From assembly GCF_000400465.1 (NCBI RefSeq), contig NW_008806280.1:60001-92000 (forward strand): DNA of 32,000 nt, given 5' to 3'. Positions within the stretch are counted from its first letter, which is position 1. Each line of letters begins with the position of its first letter. The position numbers and the translations under genes are program-made. Origin of the DNA: Wallemia ichthyophaga EXF-994. Lineage: Eukaryota > Fungi > Basidiomycota. This document shows, piece after piece, positions 18,501 to 31,869 of the stretch. The notes below the pieces were generated by a model. The model worked only from the letters and a program-made list of their open reading frames with translations, made no database searches and was not told where the DNA came from.

Positions 18501-21500
18501 GCGATGCTTCTCAGTGGCCTTCTTTGGTGGTGCCCGTGGTCCAGATGGTCTTCTACCACCAAGTATTTGTTGCAAATCCGCTCTACCCATCGATCTTTCA
18601 CCGTCATGTTGAGGATCGAGCATTTCGCCGTTCATCAGAATGAATTGTCTCATACTTGGTTCTATGGAGTTGAAGAATGGGCTTGGATCTCCCATTGCAC
18701 CAACTGCACCAACCTGAGATGAACGGCGCTCGTTACCACCTTCTGGTTGTCTTCCGCGATGGATTGACTCAAAGGCTTCTTGCTGAAGCACCTCGGCGCG
18801 AATCTCTGCTGGAAGAGCATTCAAGAACTCCATCGATATTTCGGAATCATCGTTTCCTTCTGCAGCTGGTGGGGCGCCTTCAGTAGTACGATTCTGGGCA
18901 GCTGCTGAATTTGCAGCTCTTCTCTGCTCACGAAGATGCTGCGTGAGAACCTCCTCACGCATATCATCTGGCAAGGCCTCCATAAAGCTGTTAAGGGTGT
19001 TAGACGAATGACACACTCCTCTAATCAAAATACTCACGATGGATCTATGCCAGTGTTTGTGATATCGACATCACGTCCATTGATCTGAATACTAACACGC
19101 TCTTGCGGAGCACTCGAAGAAGCATCTTGTTCTTGTTCTGCTGGTGCATCTTCAGCCATTTCGACATCTTCCTGCTGCTGGGCTTGAGGTTGGCTTTCAG
19201 CTTGCGCCTCTGACTGAACTTCTTGAGGACGCTCTGCTTCTCTCATTTCTTCTTCATGAGCTTGCTTTTCACGAGCGTCTTTCTCCTCTTGCTCCTTCTT
19301 AGATTTCTCTTCAGCCTCCTTCTGAGCTTTGTCCTCCTCATCTTTCTTGGTCTTTGCTTCGAGTTCCTTCGTCTTCTCAGCTTCCTCGGCACGGGCCTTC
19401 GCTGATGCTTCTCTAGCAGCTGGCAACAGCATCAGAATAATATGGTTGGTGATTTTGGATGAACGCTCTTGGGATGTTGAACCATAAAACAGCTTTGCAC
19501 TATCGTACCACCTGCTAAATGTAGGCAGAGCCGCTAGACCATTGACAGCGCTCAAGATGTTCGCCGAATGAGTTTGAGGAGTTTGTTGGCGTCTTGAGTG
19601 CATGTTGGTGAGTTGCTCAATTGGAATAGAGCCGCTTGGTCCATTTGGCGAGTGCAATTCAAGATGCACACGTGCTCCAGCTGGCACCCCTCCTGCTGTT
19701 CCACCAGTTTCACGCTGAAGAAGCTGCTCAATGATCTGGAAACCGTTTCTACCGAACATGCTCTCAATGGTCTGCAAGAGTGGATTAGGGGCACCTGAGC
19801 GTTGGGAGCTCTGGCGTCTGTTTCCTGTATCTTGAGATGCTGGCGTTGAGCTAGGTGGTGCTTGATCAACGAGCAGTGGTTGTTGAGGGAGCTCGCGGTC
19901 ACTCTCGAGACGATCGCGATTACCACCGAGGAAGCTTTGTGATCCTCCTTAAAGCTTGTCAGTAGAAAAATTATGGCTGCACCAATAACTCACCTCCAAA
20001 CATACGTCTTCTTGATGATCCACCGCCGAGTAGAGGGCTTCCAAAGATAGCCGTTGTCTCTCCCATGCCACCACGGCCATCGAGAAGACTGCCTATGCGG
20101 GGAGCGCGCTCAACATCCGCCTCATCTCTGAACGCCAGACCTTCTTCCTCCGCGTCCTCATCAGTCTCTGAGAAACCGTCATCAATCAAACCATCATCGT
20201 CGAATTCAGGATCAGCAACACTCTCAGCCTCTTCTTCGTCGGGCGTTGGTGCTTCAATGACTGGATCAGCTTCGTCAAAGATAGATGGGTTTTCCTCGAT
20301 TGGATTAAGCGCTTCCTCCTCGTCATACGCATCTTCGTCAAAATCGACTTCTTCACTGTTACAATGTTAGCATGACGCTTGAAGATCTGTACCAACGCAC
20401 CCTTCATCCTCCTCATCAATCCAATCGTCAGCTTCTCCCTCCTCTATCTCGTCATGATCTTCCATGTCATCCGAGTCACCGTCACTGGATCCAGAATCAT
20501 CGTCCGAAGATTCCGAGTGGTTACCAGAACCATGATGATGATGGAAATCAACTTCCATATCGTCGAAGTCTTCTTCTGCAATGGAAATGTCAGCAAATAG
20601 CCAATCGCTGGATACCAACTCACCATCCATTTCGCTGTCTTCATCGCCATCGTTTTCTTCGCCGTAATTTTCTCCACTGTACATACCGAGTGCAGAGTTG
20701 CGGTACAAATCAGGTGTACCAGCTCTGTCAGCATTACGCATCTCATCAGCACCAATATCATCCTCATCGCTGGAGTTGTCCTCATCGTCATCGTCCTCAT
20801 CTTCATCCTCATCCTCGTCTTCATTTTGCTCATCCTGGCTGTTGGAGTCCTTCTTGTCCCCATTCTTGGCCATCTTGATCGAAATTTTGGTCAAACGTTC
20901 AAGTGGGGAGAGCAAGGCGCCGATGGTGACCTTCGAGTGTGGGAAAGAGATATCTATATCACCAAGTGCGTGCGTAAGGGTAGTGACATAGTTTTTCTCC
21001 AACATCACTTTAGCCATGTGGACAGATGACTCTGTTGAAGACTTTCCAGTAACAGGATTAACAGGCCTTGCGTCTATCAATCTGGCAATAATCTCAGACA
21101 AAGCTGTCAGTCTAGCGTATCTAACACTGAGATCCTCATCAGTGACACCAGATGTATTGTCCTTGATCAATTTGCTAATTACATCCAAGACGAACTTGCG
21201 TGAGAGGACAACCTCGTTTGGAATTTCTTTGCTGTCAGTCCAAGGTGAAGTGTCACTACATGTGCTGACAAAGACTGCAATTGCCCATTCAGCTAGCGCT
21301 CTTTGCTTGCGACCGACATTGTCATGGTTCGGTGCGCCGAGCGATGGCATGGAAATGAGCTCGCTGATCAAAAAGTTGAGGAACGACACCTTTGGTTTGA
21401 ATGGTGTGCCACCGCCCTGCTTCTTCTTATTGGTCATAACTAGATTGACTTTGGAAGATGGATAGCTGGCGCAGATCTCGGTGATAGATTGGAGGATGAA

Positions 21501-24500
21501 ACACGCATAGAAGTACTCTAAGGCTCCATCAGGAGTGCTTTCTTCCTTCTTTTCATCTTTCTTCTCTTGATCGGAAGCAGCTGAAGTGGAGGATTGAGGC
21601 TGTTGTGCTGGATCTTCTTGCTGTTGCTCACTTGAGCTGTTCTTCTTTTCCTCACCTTCTTTCTTTTTCTCTTCATCCGTCTTTTCAGCCAATGAAGCGA
21701 ATTTCCTAGCCGTCTTGCCGACCCTCATGAGCTCAGCAACCAGGAATTGAAGGATAGATTCGAGAACCTCTGATGGCATGGGTGGTGCCTGAGAATTATC
21801 GTCCAGCTGCATGTCTTCGCCACGTTGCTGCTGGCCAGAATGCTCACCATCCTTTTTATCACCCAACTTCGATTTGAGCTCTGGGACGACGTCTGGACGC
21901 AGCTTGATGTGGAAGACGCCAGCTGCTGGTGAGTCACTCACAAGCATGCAGTTTTCCTTGATCACTTCCATAAACGCCTTCGTATCGCGCAAGGCTAGAG
22001 GTGACGCGGTCTTCGTGAAGGTCGATACATCAACGACCTTGCTCCCTGAGCTTGAACCTCTTGTTGGTGAGGAAGCGAAGTACGACAAAAGCTCGTTGTG
22101 CATTGTTGACTTGATGAGAGAGTCGTCTTCGATCAAATTTCTCATAATGAAGCTCAAGAAGAGTGTGGAGCCGCGGGCATTGTCAAGAGGACCGTCGAAT
22201 ATACTGCTGAGCATCTGCAATAGAGTTAGTAAATGCTTGTTCAATGTCAGGCCACAACTTACTTGCACACCACCAGCAGAGAAAAGGTCCTTCGAGTAGC
22301 GCGTTGAGCGAGTGAGCAAAGTAAGCACCTGCAATACCGCCATCAGATCAGCTTTCTTGAGTTCCCAGTTCTTATCCTTCGAGCGTTTAAATGTTGTCAA
22401 GGCAATCTCAAACAAGGCATTCTTCTGCTCTTCGAATGAGCCAGTGTCGACAATCTCCTCAATCTTAACTTCAGGAATGTTTTCGCCGACCTTGGTTGGA
22501 TCATCTGCAGTCTTGATGACTTCTGAACATCCCAGCATTATAGCACTAGCTAATAAAAATGGAGCCAGCCACTTGGGAGGTGTTTGGCTGTCTATCACAG
22601 CTGGTCCAGACTTGTAAGTCAAGTTCAAAAGACGTTCACGCTGGTTGATAACGTTATCCTTCTGAGAAAACTGATGGTCTGATATCATGACTGAGAGTAA
22701 GTGCCAACGAACGTAGAGCTTGCCTTCGCACTGACGATCCTTTGCATCTAGCGTCTCAACCTCGTCGAGAAGAGTCTTGACACCGATCTGCTCAGCTGAC
22801 TTTTCTTTGTCATCCTTAAACATATCTTTCACGTCGAAAACTATCTCGTAATGTGCATCAGCGAGGTTAAGCAAGATACTTGGGATGGTAGAGTAGAGAT
22901 TCTGGCGAGCTTGATCGAGGGATCTCTTTACAGCATCTATATTATCGTTCATTGGCGTAATTTTACCTTCGGCTAACTTTGTCTCGTAATCCTTCTTTTC
23001 CTCGTCTTTTTGGCGTTTCTGACGTAGTTCAAACTCCCTAGCTATATCGACGTAGTCTGGTCTTGCCACTAACCATTCAGCAGCTTGAGCAACGTCGTCA
23101 CCATTGTACATCAGCGCAACAGCCGAAGCATATTTTGGAAAGTCCATACTCATCATTTCTTGGAGTAACGTTTCGTTTAATCTATCAATTTTCATCACTC
23201 CCTCAATGTCTTCCATAACTTTGATTTCAACGTCCGAACGTGATTCAGCAGCTGGATGAGGCGGAGGTGGTAATTCAGGTTGAGACGTTTGTGCCTCAGA
23301 TGGCTGCGTAGCATCTGATTCACTTTGAGCAGCTTCAGTTGGAGGCTCCTCACCCAAAATTCTGTGTAAAGGTGATGAGCGCATGTTAAAAAGAGCTCTC
23401 TCCAAATCCTGCAAATGACCAATACGTTCGGAAGGTGGATTACCTAATCTACCCTGCGGTCCAGCTGGTGGCTCAGCAGCTTCACCCTCGGCCTTGATAA
23501 TGTTGAGGAAAGTCTGCACAATCAGTCTTGTAGGCTGACCGAGGGGTGCCTTGGATAACCATTCACTTTGGCATACCTTAACAAGAACTGGCATAATGAT
23601 CGATCTTAATCTGACCAAGAAGTCGTTAGAGTTGAAATACTCTGCCGAGCTCTTGTCAGCTTCCCTCAACTGCAGCGGTCCAGTTTGACTGGATTCGAGG
23701 AGTGGTCTGGTGGCAGCAAAAGTATGGAAAAGCGGCATTATGTTCTCCAAAATACGATAGATTCTGAATTGTTGCATCTCAGCCGGAGACTTTGGAATCT
23801 CGTTATCGGTAATAGTCTGGTGCGAGAGCTCGTCACTTATTTGATCGAGCCTGTGGGTCAGAAGTTGCACTCCACCGAGTTGAGCGAAAGCGAATACCAG
23901 AGGTGTTTGGAGATGATTATGTGATGTGCGATCATCGAAAAAGAGCGCATTGATCGCTTTGAGGATCTGACACATGTATGCGCAGCTTGGGCGTGGATCT
24001 CCGTTGCCAGTGAACTGGAGGTGATCAACGAGTATCTGAGCCATAGCCTTAGATGTAATTACAGAGTTCTTCTTATGCGACTGGTCACTCTGACGTCTGT
24101 ACAAGAACATCTTGACAACAGCTATGGTGGCGTTAGAAGGTACATTTCCAATAATACCATTACCCACCTTGGTAGAACGGAGTAGCAGTCTGAGGAATGT
24201 ACATCGAGAGATGTGACAAAGATTTGTAATTGAGCTTGGAAGGGGTGCTTTCCTCAGCCTTCTTTTCTTCGTCAGACTTGTTTCCACTCTTTATGTTGAC
24301 CGTTGGGTCTAAGTTGTTCATCATGATGTTTAGATTCTTCTCATACTTCTCATTTGACGACTTGGAACCTGACTCCAGCTCCTTCCAATCAAATTCAGTT
24401 TCTTTGTTCTCCTCAGCATTGAGCAAAAGGTGTTCCCAGGTGAGACTTCTGTCGAGTATGCCAATCATGTTTAACGTTTCTAAATTTCTAGGCTCGTTCA

Positions 24501-27086
24501 ACTTTGGCAGGAAGAAACCATTCGAAACTCTAATATTCAAGAAGCCGATGGATGCGAACATATCAGAAATAAGCTGCACTCTCGAGTACAACTCAATCAA
24601 ACTCCTGAACGTAGCATTTGCTTCCTCGTAGTCAGATTCATTGAGATCTTTCATCTTGATGAAGAGAGACTTGTTGCGCATTTCAGACCAAATGTGTCTG
24701 GTGCTTTCGAGCTTCTCTCTAACTTGCTCCATTGACCACATTAACGTCACTTCAGGCTTGATCTCGATTAACACTCTACCGAGCTGTGCGATAGCTTCAG
24801 ATGCGCGACTAATGGAGAAGTCGTAAGGTAAGCAAGGCAGACCGAAGAACCTTCCAAGTCTTTCCAATCCACCTGCATCCAAAAATTCTTTTGCGTGTGT
24901 ACCATTTGTGAAGACGGACTCGAGGAACTGTATTGGGTTAGGGAGATAAACCTGACTTCTAACGAACTCACTCTGGCCATGACATCGATGCATTTCATCG
25001 CGAAAGGATCTTCTCTCTTATCGTTTGGCACATTCTCCACCATGGAATGCTCGTCCTGGGTCAGCAGTCTGTATCTCGCCACCTCGCTCAAACCATACTG
25101 GCCGACTTCATTGCAGTCGAAAGCACCACCGATCTCTGCAATTCTATCTAGTTGACCGTTGATGGCATTCAATACCTTAGGTTTGAGTGAAGGTTGGTGT
25201 CTTATAAGTTCATCGACACTCGATCCAATGTTGACAGCATTCTCCTTTTCGCTCAACACCTTGATATGGGTAGCAGAGGTGAACATTTCGAATATCTTAC
25301 CAATAATCGTATCAGATCTCTGCATGAATTCGTTCAAGCCGTTCTCATTCAAACAGCAAGCTGAGATGACATTGAAGATAACAGTGAGAATATCGATATG
25401 CGGTTCTATATACTCTTCGATACTGTTGTAAAACTTGGCAGGCAACTGTGCCTCCTGTATGATTGAGAGGGATGTAGGCTCGTTGTGTACGAATGTAGCC
25501 ATGATATTGAGAGCGAATGAGGTGATCGATGCACCGAAGAATCTGCGGTTGTCGAGGATAAGATGAATGTCCTGCAGAAGTGTAGTGTCTATCAGATTGC
25601 GTATTCCACCCTCAGTACCTGAGGATGTAAGCAGCCTGTAGATAGAACGTAGCGACGATTTCATTGCTTGTGATTCAGAGACAGGGAGACGGCCAAATGT
25701 TGTTGCAACGTCCTCGTCATTGTCACTCTTCGCTTCCAACTCTGCCTTATGCTCTACACTCGCAAGAACTCGGTGGTGGATCTTCTCAACGAGTGTGGTG
25801 AGTCCATTGGCGTTGATAAAGATGGGAAGAGCGTTGCGGTATGAGTACAAAAGTGCATCGAGGAGTTGAAGACACTTTGTGATTAGCGTTGAGCTGTCGA
25901 CTTTGAAGAGATTGATAAGCAATGTAATCAGCCCGGCCCCAACCAGCATCTGGCCACCCGAATTCGAAGTCGAGAGATGGCTGATCATAGAAAAAATGCT
26001 GTCCACAAGGTCCACAAGCTGTGGTGATGGTGGTGATGATTGAGACAACTTATTGGTGACATTGCGAATATAGGTGAACAACAAGCCCTGGTTGACACCT
26101 GCATTTAAGCAACTAAGAACTTCACTCACGCGCGTCTTGTAGTGCGCCAAAGATTCAAGGCAGATGAGAGAGGTGGATTGGATTGAGATATACTCATCGT
26201 CCAATGGAAGTTGAAGGAGGTGGGTGAGCTGCTGCACAAGTGTTGGTTCATAAATAAGCAGATTGTGTTGAGCTTGAGATTCTTTAACGAGCTGTAAATA
26301 TAAACTCAAAGCTAGGAGTCTAGATTCGATGAAATGACGTCTGGAAGGGCTATCAAAAACCTTGATGGATCTGATGCGATGATATAGATCAAAGTTGTTC
26401 GAGTTGCCGTCTTTTGGTATTTTGTACTGATCAACGCACTCCTTGTGTAGGTCGAGGTCGCTAAGTGGATTTTCACCAACTTTTTCCAAGTGAATACTTC
26501 TCGACTGGGTGTCAAAGAATTGGAAAGAGACTGTGTCATTGAGGGGAGGAATAGAGGTTGTAATGGAATCAGCGAGACTGGCGCTACTTGGCCAGTTCCA
26601 CGCCACTGATAGCAGAGCCTTGCTGTTGAGCTGGAGAGCGTTGCGATGGTGAGCTTGAATAGACAGAATAAGTTTGAGATTGTTGGAAAGCACCTCGACA
26701 TCGTTTGTTAAAATGAGAGCGTCTAAATGCTCCACCGAATTAAATATCTTTCTATTGGAGCAATTATCGATGAGAAGCTTGAGAAATCTAAGGACAGCGT
26801 TGATAAGCCTCTTAGAGGATGCGTCAAAGAGCTTATCCTGCACACCGTAGCCAGCAGATTTCAAATTAAAGTCATTTGTAATCTTCTCGAGCGTGCCATC
26901 CAATCTATTGAGTACTCCGATGTACGCATAGAGATCTCCCTTGGGCCAAACCCACTCTTTGAAATCTTCGAGATGCGCTGCCATCTCCTCATCGGTGCAC
27001 TTCTCAACAAGATGTAGCTTGTGACGGAGCGTCGTGGGGATTGTAGCCACTGTCCTTCTTGATGTACGTGGACGTACAGGGGCCAT
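15560..27086 (-). CDS. TOM1: HECT E3 ubiquitin ligase Tom1/HUWE1, ~3685 aa, 11 exons
   Basis: Introns at 24971-24928, 24167-24122, 22262-22215, 20623-20576, 20400-20356, 19993-19948, 19037-18988, 18389-18343, 17124-17078 and 15708-15661 give an 11058-nt frame. N-terminal ARM-like region, UBA-like MDFPKYASAVAL..DVAQAAEWL, acidic tract, IDPSFMEALPDDMREEVL, and HECT FHGEEGVDAGGVAREWF...LPAAHTCFNQLDL. Confidence 0.95.
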
Positions 27087-27256
27087 TGTAATTATTATTT
27101 ATTTATTTTCAACTTGAACTTGATTGTTCTAAACCAAGTGTGGTGCGTCGTGGTCCTTGTGCTTTGTATTACGCAACACTCCAATCAAAATTTACGATGC
27201 AATAAATAACTTTTTTACTATATATACAAGCTGTGGTATATCAGTTGATCGCCGTG

Positions 27257-28834
27257 CTAGCTCTTGCTTTTCTTGAGCGTCGTTGCGTCTGGTGGCTGCT
27301 CCTGTCATGTTTGGTGAGAGCAACGCGGGTATTTAAATAACCCACACTCTTCTCCGAGACCATTGTATTCTCTCGCCCTCTTTTTAGTGCTGCTGCTCTT
27401 GATTCGGCACCTTTGTTCTGCCACTTCGTTAGCCCACACGGTCGATATCCCCGGTACTCACTTTTTTAGGCGATGAGAATGGTGTTTGTTGTGCTTGTGC
27501 ATGTGGTTGCGGTTGTGGTAAGTCCTGCTGCTGATGTGGTGGCGATGGCTGCTGTTGATAGCCATTAGGTATAGGCGGCGGAGGCATGAGCAAGCTCCTT
27601 TTGTTATTGTGACTAGGAAGACGTCTGAGAATAAAGCTAAAGGCCCAAAGCCAACACCAAACTCACCCATCATTTATGTCATTCAACGAGCCTACGTTGA
27701 CATTAGCACTGGCATTGGTATTGGTGTTGTCATCTATGACCGACTTGTCATCCACTACCGATACCATACTCGCGTCATTCATTTCGAACCCATCCCAAAT
27801 CAGATCGTCGTCTTTGGTGGGATGTATTGATGAATGCGCAGAAGTATTGAGACTGCCATTGCTGTTACTGTTGCTCACACCGCTCATCCTCCTTACATTT
27901 GCCTCATGATACTCCCTCTCCTTCTCCCTCTCCTTCTCCTGCGCTTGCTGCTGCTGTCTCTGCTGCGTCAGACGCCTTTCCTCCTGCTCACGGACGTGGT
28001 TTGGTCTGTAGTCAAATTCTGGTGGTCTGTAGAGCTGATCTGGATCATAACGGTACTGCGGTGGATGATAATGTGAGTTCTACATTCCAAAACCACGCCA
28101 TACCACTCACTCTATTCTTATCCTTATGTTTGATAATCTCCTTAGAGTAATCCTTATCGTACAGACAGTTACCGGTTGAGTTACCAAAGTAGCGCAAGCA
28201 CCTCTTTACAGCGTCTGTGACTGACTCCTTGCGGCTCTTCTCGATAGCTGCTCCACGCGTTGGACAGTTAACCATTTCACCGAAACCGAAGTCTTCATGG
28301 AAAGCGCCCGTTGTGAATACTGTTACTCTCACGACTGTTGTGATAGCGCAGTTGAATTTGCCGGCAGGAGTAGGCTCAAGCTGTTACGGTGTTATTCGTG
28401 TGTACGCGTGCTCTCCAACGTACAAATTCAGTCGTGCTGCTCATGAGCTGAGTGGACCAGCCATCGTGGCCGAATATGCTGTTCGCGAGTGAAATGGCCT
28501 GGTTGCCTTCGATATAAGATACCTCTGATCGGCGTGTATGCGTCAGTGCGTCCTCGTTCATCACCCTGCCCCACTTACTGCTTCCGCCGGGCGCTGGTCG
28601 CTGGGAGATGCACTCCGGCGCCAGTCTCTTTGCCAGCTTCTCCGCAATCTCTTCTCGCTGTGTGGCGGAGAAAAACCTCTCTGACTGCTGCGAAAGCACT
28701 TGCGTTTCGTTGGGTGTAGACATGCCGAGTGCGAAGTTGGACGGTGCCGCGGCGTGATAGTCGTTCCTATCGCTATTGATTCCGATATTCGTGCGTAAAA
28801 TATCTGGATTTCTGCCGTGGTTGTTACCGTTCAT
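27257..28834 (-). CDS. RAD52: DNA repair and recombination protein Rad52/Rad22, ~431 aa
   Basis: Exons 28834-28579, 28524-28424, 28380-28111, 28055-27667, 27624-27462, 27417-27346, 27301-27257. KRLAPECISQRPAPGGS-KVSYIEG, ANSIFGHDGWS, FHEDFGFG, EKSRKESVTDAVKRCLRYFGNSTGNCLYDK. Confidence 0.93.
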
Positions 28835-28952
28835 CTGCGCAGATTGAGTTGATTGAGATGGTGGTGTGTTGATAACGGACTAAATTACGTAAATACACGC
28901 TAAATGAGTAGTCTATTACAATGCTATCACAACATGACGTCAAAATACATTC

Positions 28953-30885
28953 TCATTTCCCAGCAGAGAACGGACTCTGCCAGGCGCTCTCAGCTTCATC
29001 GTTCACACTGCCATTAACTGACGTCGATCGCGATGCTGGCATTGAATTCCTCGCCTTACCTGCGATATACGCGCCAAAGCCACCAAGAGTGCTCTTAACC
29101 GACGCGTTCGGTGTAGTGGGGCTGCTCCCATTTGCACCAGCACTCGCACTCCTCCGATCATGCATATCCGACACTCCCTCACTCAGCCGCAGTCCTAAAC
29201 CGTTGCCGCTCATGTGTGGATGTCGAGGCTCAATGAGGTCGAATAGTGCGACATCTGTGCGCATATTCCAGTCAATGAACGCAGTGCTCGTCCGCATTAC
29301 ATTCACAAACCCTTCACCAAAAGCCTGTGAAGGGTTTTTCTCGTAACTCATACCAACCAGACTGTCTTTCTTATTGTTACCGGTGCCATACTTGACATAA
29401 TCGACATACTTGATACTGGCGAGAGCGGAGCAGATGTAGTCTTCAAATTTAGCTCTCAGCCAATCGTCACTGTCGACGAAAGACACGGGTCCACCACCCA
29501 TGTTTTGGCGATGATGCGTCGCTGTAACGCTCGCGACTACCTCGTCCATCCACTTGCGATCTTGCGATGTCGGAGCGACCAGTTTCTCCAGACCCGGCGA
29601 ATGCCACTCTAAGGTCCCATTGTCGATGTCGACAACAACATCTAACTTGAGATTCTTTTGCTGTGTGAACACGGCATTCGTAGTGCCGGCGAGGAAAGCA
29701 TTTGTGCGCGCATCCATCAGCATCTCTATCTGTTGCAGCGGCATGTAGGGCTGGAAGAAGGAGCCTTTGCCAAAGAGGTCAAGCGGCATACCGGCGTATT
29801 CGAGAAGACTGTCGCGGTCTGTAGTACGCATGCTGCCAGTTGTGGTATTTCCACTCACTCTGCGCCCTAGTGTCGTGGGTATATCAGGACTAGCAGCATG
29901 TGCGAGTGCATGTAGCAGATTAGGAATGAGTGAGATGAGCGAGTATTGGAAGTTGCACAGCCGCTCGACAGGATACTCAGGGTGCTTGGACAGAGGGCGG
30001 TAGCCAAAGAATAAGATACGCTTTTGCAAGAGAAGAAGTTTCAGTAGGGTGAGTGTTTTGTGTTTGAACTTTAGCACAAGCTCGTGTAGGTTGGTGCCTG
30101 TGTTAAGAACAGCCTGGTTAGTGTAATCGAGCAAGCTGTGTTCAAGCGACTGGTGAAATTGGACAAGCAGCTGTCGTTCGCTGAAGTTGCGCTGGTGAAA
30201 AAAGGCACGCGTGATGACGCCGAGCTTGTCCCTGTTGAGCGTGAGCGTGTAAGAAGCGAGCAGTCACCAGCAATGCAACCCACCTTATTGGTCCAAAAAC
30301 TGGCTTAGTAGTGAGTACCACGATTGCCTTCTGGACAATTGACCTGGTAACATGGCTATCTCTTTCGATCAACTCACTCGCCTTGAGCTGCCGATTGCAA
30401 CTAATACCGAAGACGGTGGATTTGCCGAGCTTGCCGTCCTCCGGCGGCTTCAAGTGAAAGTAGGAAAAGTCCTCTTGCGTCATATGTGCGCCGTCAGGGA
30501 GAGCGAGGAAAGGGAGAAGACGGGCAAATTCGGAGTCAGTGACGGTATTTGGTGGGTGGCAGAACTCAATAATTGGGCCGAGATTGTGATGGAAGTCTAT
30601 GAGTAGAGTTGCGAGGAGTGGATCGTTCTCGCTACGCTGCGATTGTGCGGCAGAAATATCATCGCTAGTTGAGCGTGTAGAATGAGATGAAGGACCTGGC
30701 AGTGGCGACGGCAGTGATGGCAGCGTTGCGTGCTTCGTATGCGGTGTATGCTGGGAATGCTCGTACTCGAATGGATTTACATCTTGGTGAAACGGCGTCG
30801 GAGTGAGCTTGGATTGAAGTTCCGATAGAGACGCCCGCGGATCTGATGCCCAGGGATCTTGGTCGAATGAGTTTAGGTGGGACAT
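28953..30885 (-). CDS. AVL9: Late secretory pathway protein Avl9 (DENN-related), ~626 aa
   Basis: Exons 30885-30284 and 30231-28953. LIDFHHNLGPIIEF, LPFLALPDGAH..EDFSYFHL, FGISCNRQL, VTRSIVQKAIVV, PVFGPIR-DKLGVITRAFF, FQPYMPLQQ. Confidence 0.92.
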
Positions 30886-30975
30886 GGCCGTGTGTGCGCA
30901 AGGAGGTACGTGTGCCTCGAGATTTCCTCCAATTACTGCTGGAATGACACGAAATGTATATTTGTCGCATGAAAT

Positions 30976-31869
30976 CTAATTTAAAATGATACAGAATCTA
31001 AGAAAGCCGTCGGGAGATGCCATCGTTGACGCCAGCCACGAAATGTCAGCTTCGAGAGGGATAGCTGTGCCGTGAAGAACGGGATAAGCTAGCTGTGGGT
31101 ATTTGGAGCTGTCTGAGGGGAATAGTAAGGGCAACGATGTCGATAAAGCTTGCTGGAGTGTTAACTTTGGCGGAAGAATGTCTTGAATTACAATCTGATC
31201 TGGTAAGATGAATTTGAGCGGGATTGAGCGCGGTTTTGGCGTTTCATTATCATCCATCTCTTTTTCTTTGATTGACAAGGGCAATGGGAGCAATTTGTCC
31301 GCAATTTTGAAGTATTCGTCAATGTCATTCGACTGAATTGAGTGCCACAGCTGCTCAGTTTGATTAGTTTTTAACTGAGTTATGCGCTTAACAGTGCCCC
31401 AGTATATCAGCTGAGATTCCTTCAAACTACCCATGAAGCTCAGTTTGGTGGATTGCAGGTGAGCAGCAGCACTATCAGCAGAATTGGACAAGTGCAGGAT
31501 GAGTTTGAGAGGAGGGGCGTGATTTTTAAGTGGATTATAATTAAACGTGTAATAATCATACGATAGACCAATATTCCAATGCAATTTGAGCTTATCGGGG
31601 ATGTTATTAGCGGTCGTGTTGCTCTCGGGCAAATCAACGACTTCAAACCAAATATCGTCGTCGTTGATACTGTTAAGCTGGTTGGAGCTATGATTTGATT
31701 GCAGGAACGCATATTTCAATTGCTGGTATATGAAAAATGGGTAGGAATTTCTATACGCCGTGAAGTAAACGGTATCTAGCACGCTAAGGCCATCTTTTCT
31801 AACAGAGAGTTCCAAGGAGACGGTAGAATTCCAATTGAGACTCCTAAAGTAATTCAAGTCAGAGGACAT
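30976..31869 (-). CDS. ATG5: Autophagy protein Atg5, ~297 aa
   Basis: MSSDLNYFRSLNWNSTVSLEL, KLHWNIGLSYD, FMGSLKESQLIYWGTVKRITQLK..TEQLWHSI, RSIPLK..LP..IVIQDILPP, STMASPDGFLRFCI. The ATG at 31869 fits the family N-terminus better than the longer upstream ORF start. Confidence 0.9.
   Translation of the reverse strand: MSSDLNYFRSLNWNSTVSLELSVRKDGLSVLDTVYFTAYRNSYPFFIYQQLKYAFLQSNHSSNQLNSINDDDIWFEVVDLPESNTTANNIPDKLKLHWNIGLSYDYYTFNYNPLKNHAPPLKLILHLSNSADSAAAHLQSTKLSFMGSLKESQLIYWGTVKRITQLKTNQTEQLWHSIQSNDIDEYFKIADKLLPLPLSIKEKEMDDNETPKPRSIPLKFILPDQIVIQDILPPKLTLQQALSTSLPLLFPSDSSKYPQLAYPVLHGTAIPLEADISWLASTMASPDGFLRFCIILN

Noticed and set aside
15762-27017. Many antisense and alternative-frame ORFs over TOM1 (e.g. 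16584-17081, 20372-20878, 21811-22299); similar ones over the F-box gene and AVL9
   Set aside because: Shadow ORFs expected from codon bias and low-complexity acidic tracts.
5477-28578. Apparent excess of stop-free 3n introns (5477-5527, three in TOM1, one in RAD52)
   Set aside because: Five of 16 3n coding introns are open, about what chance gives for 16-18 codons. Only the cases at functionally critical positions are kept as findings.
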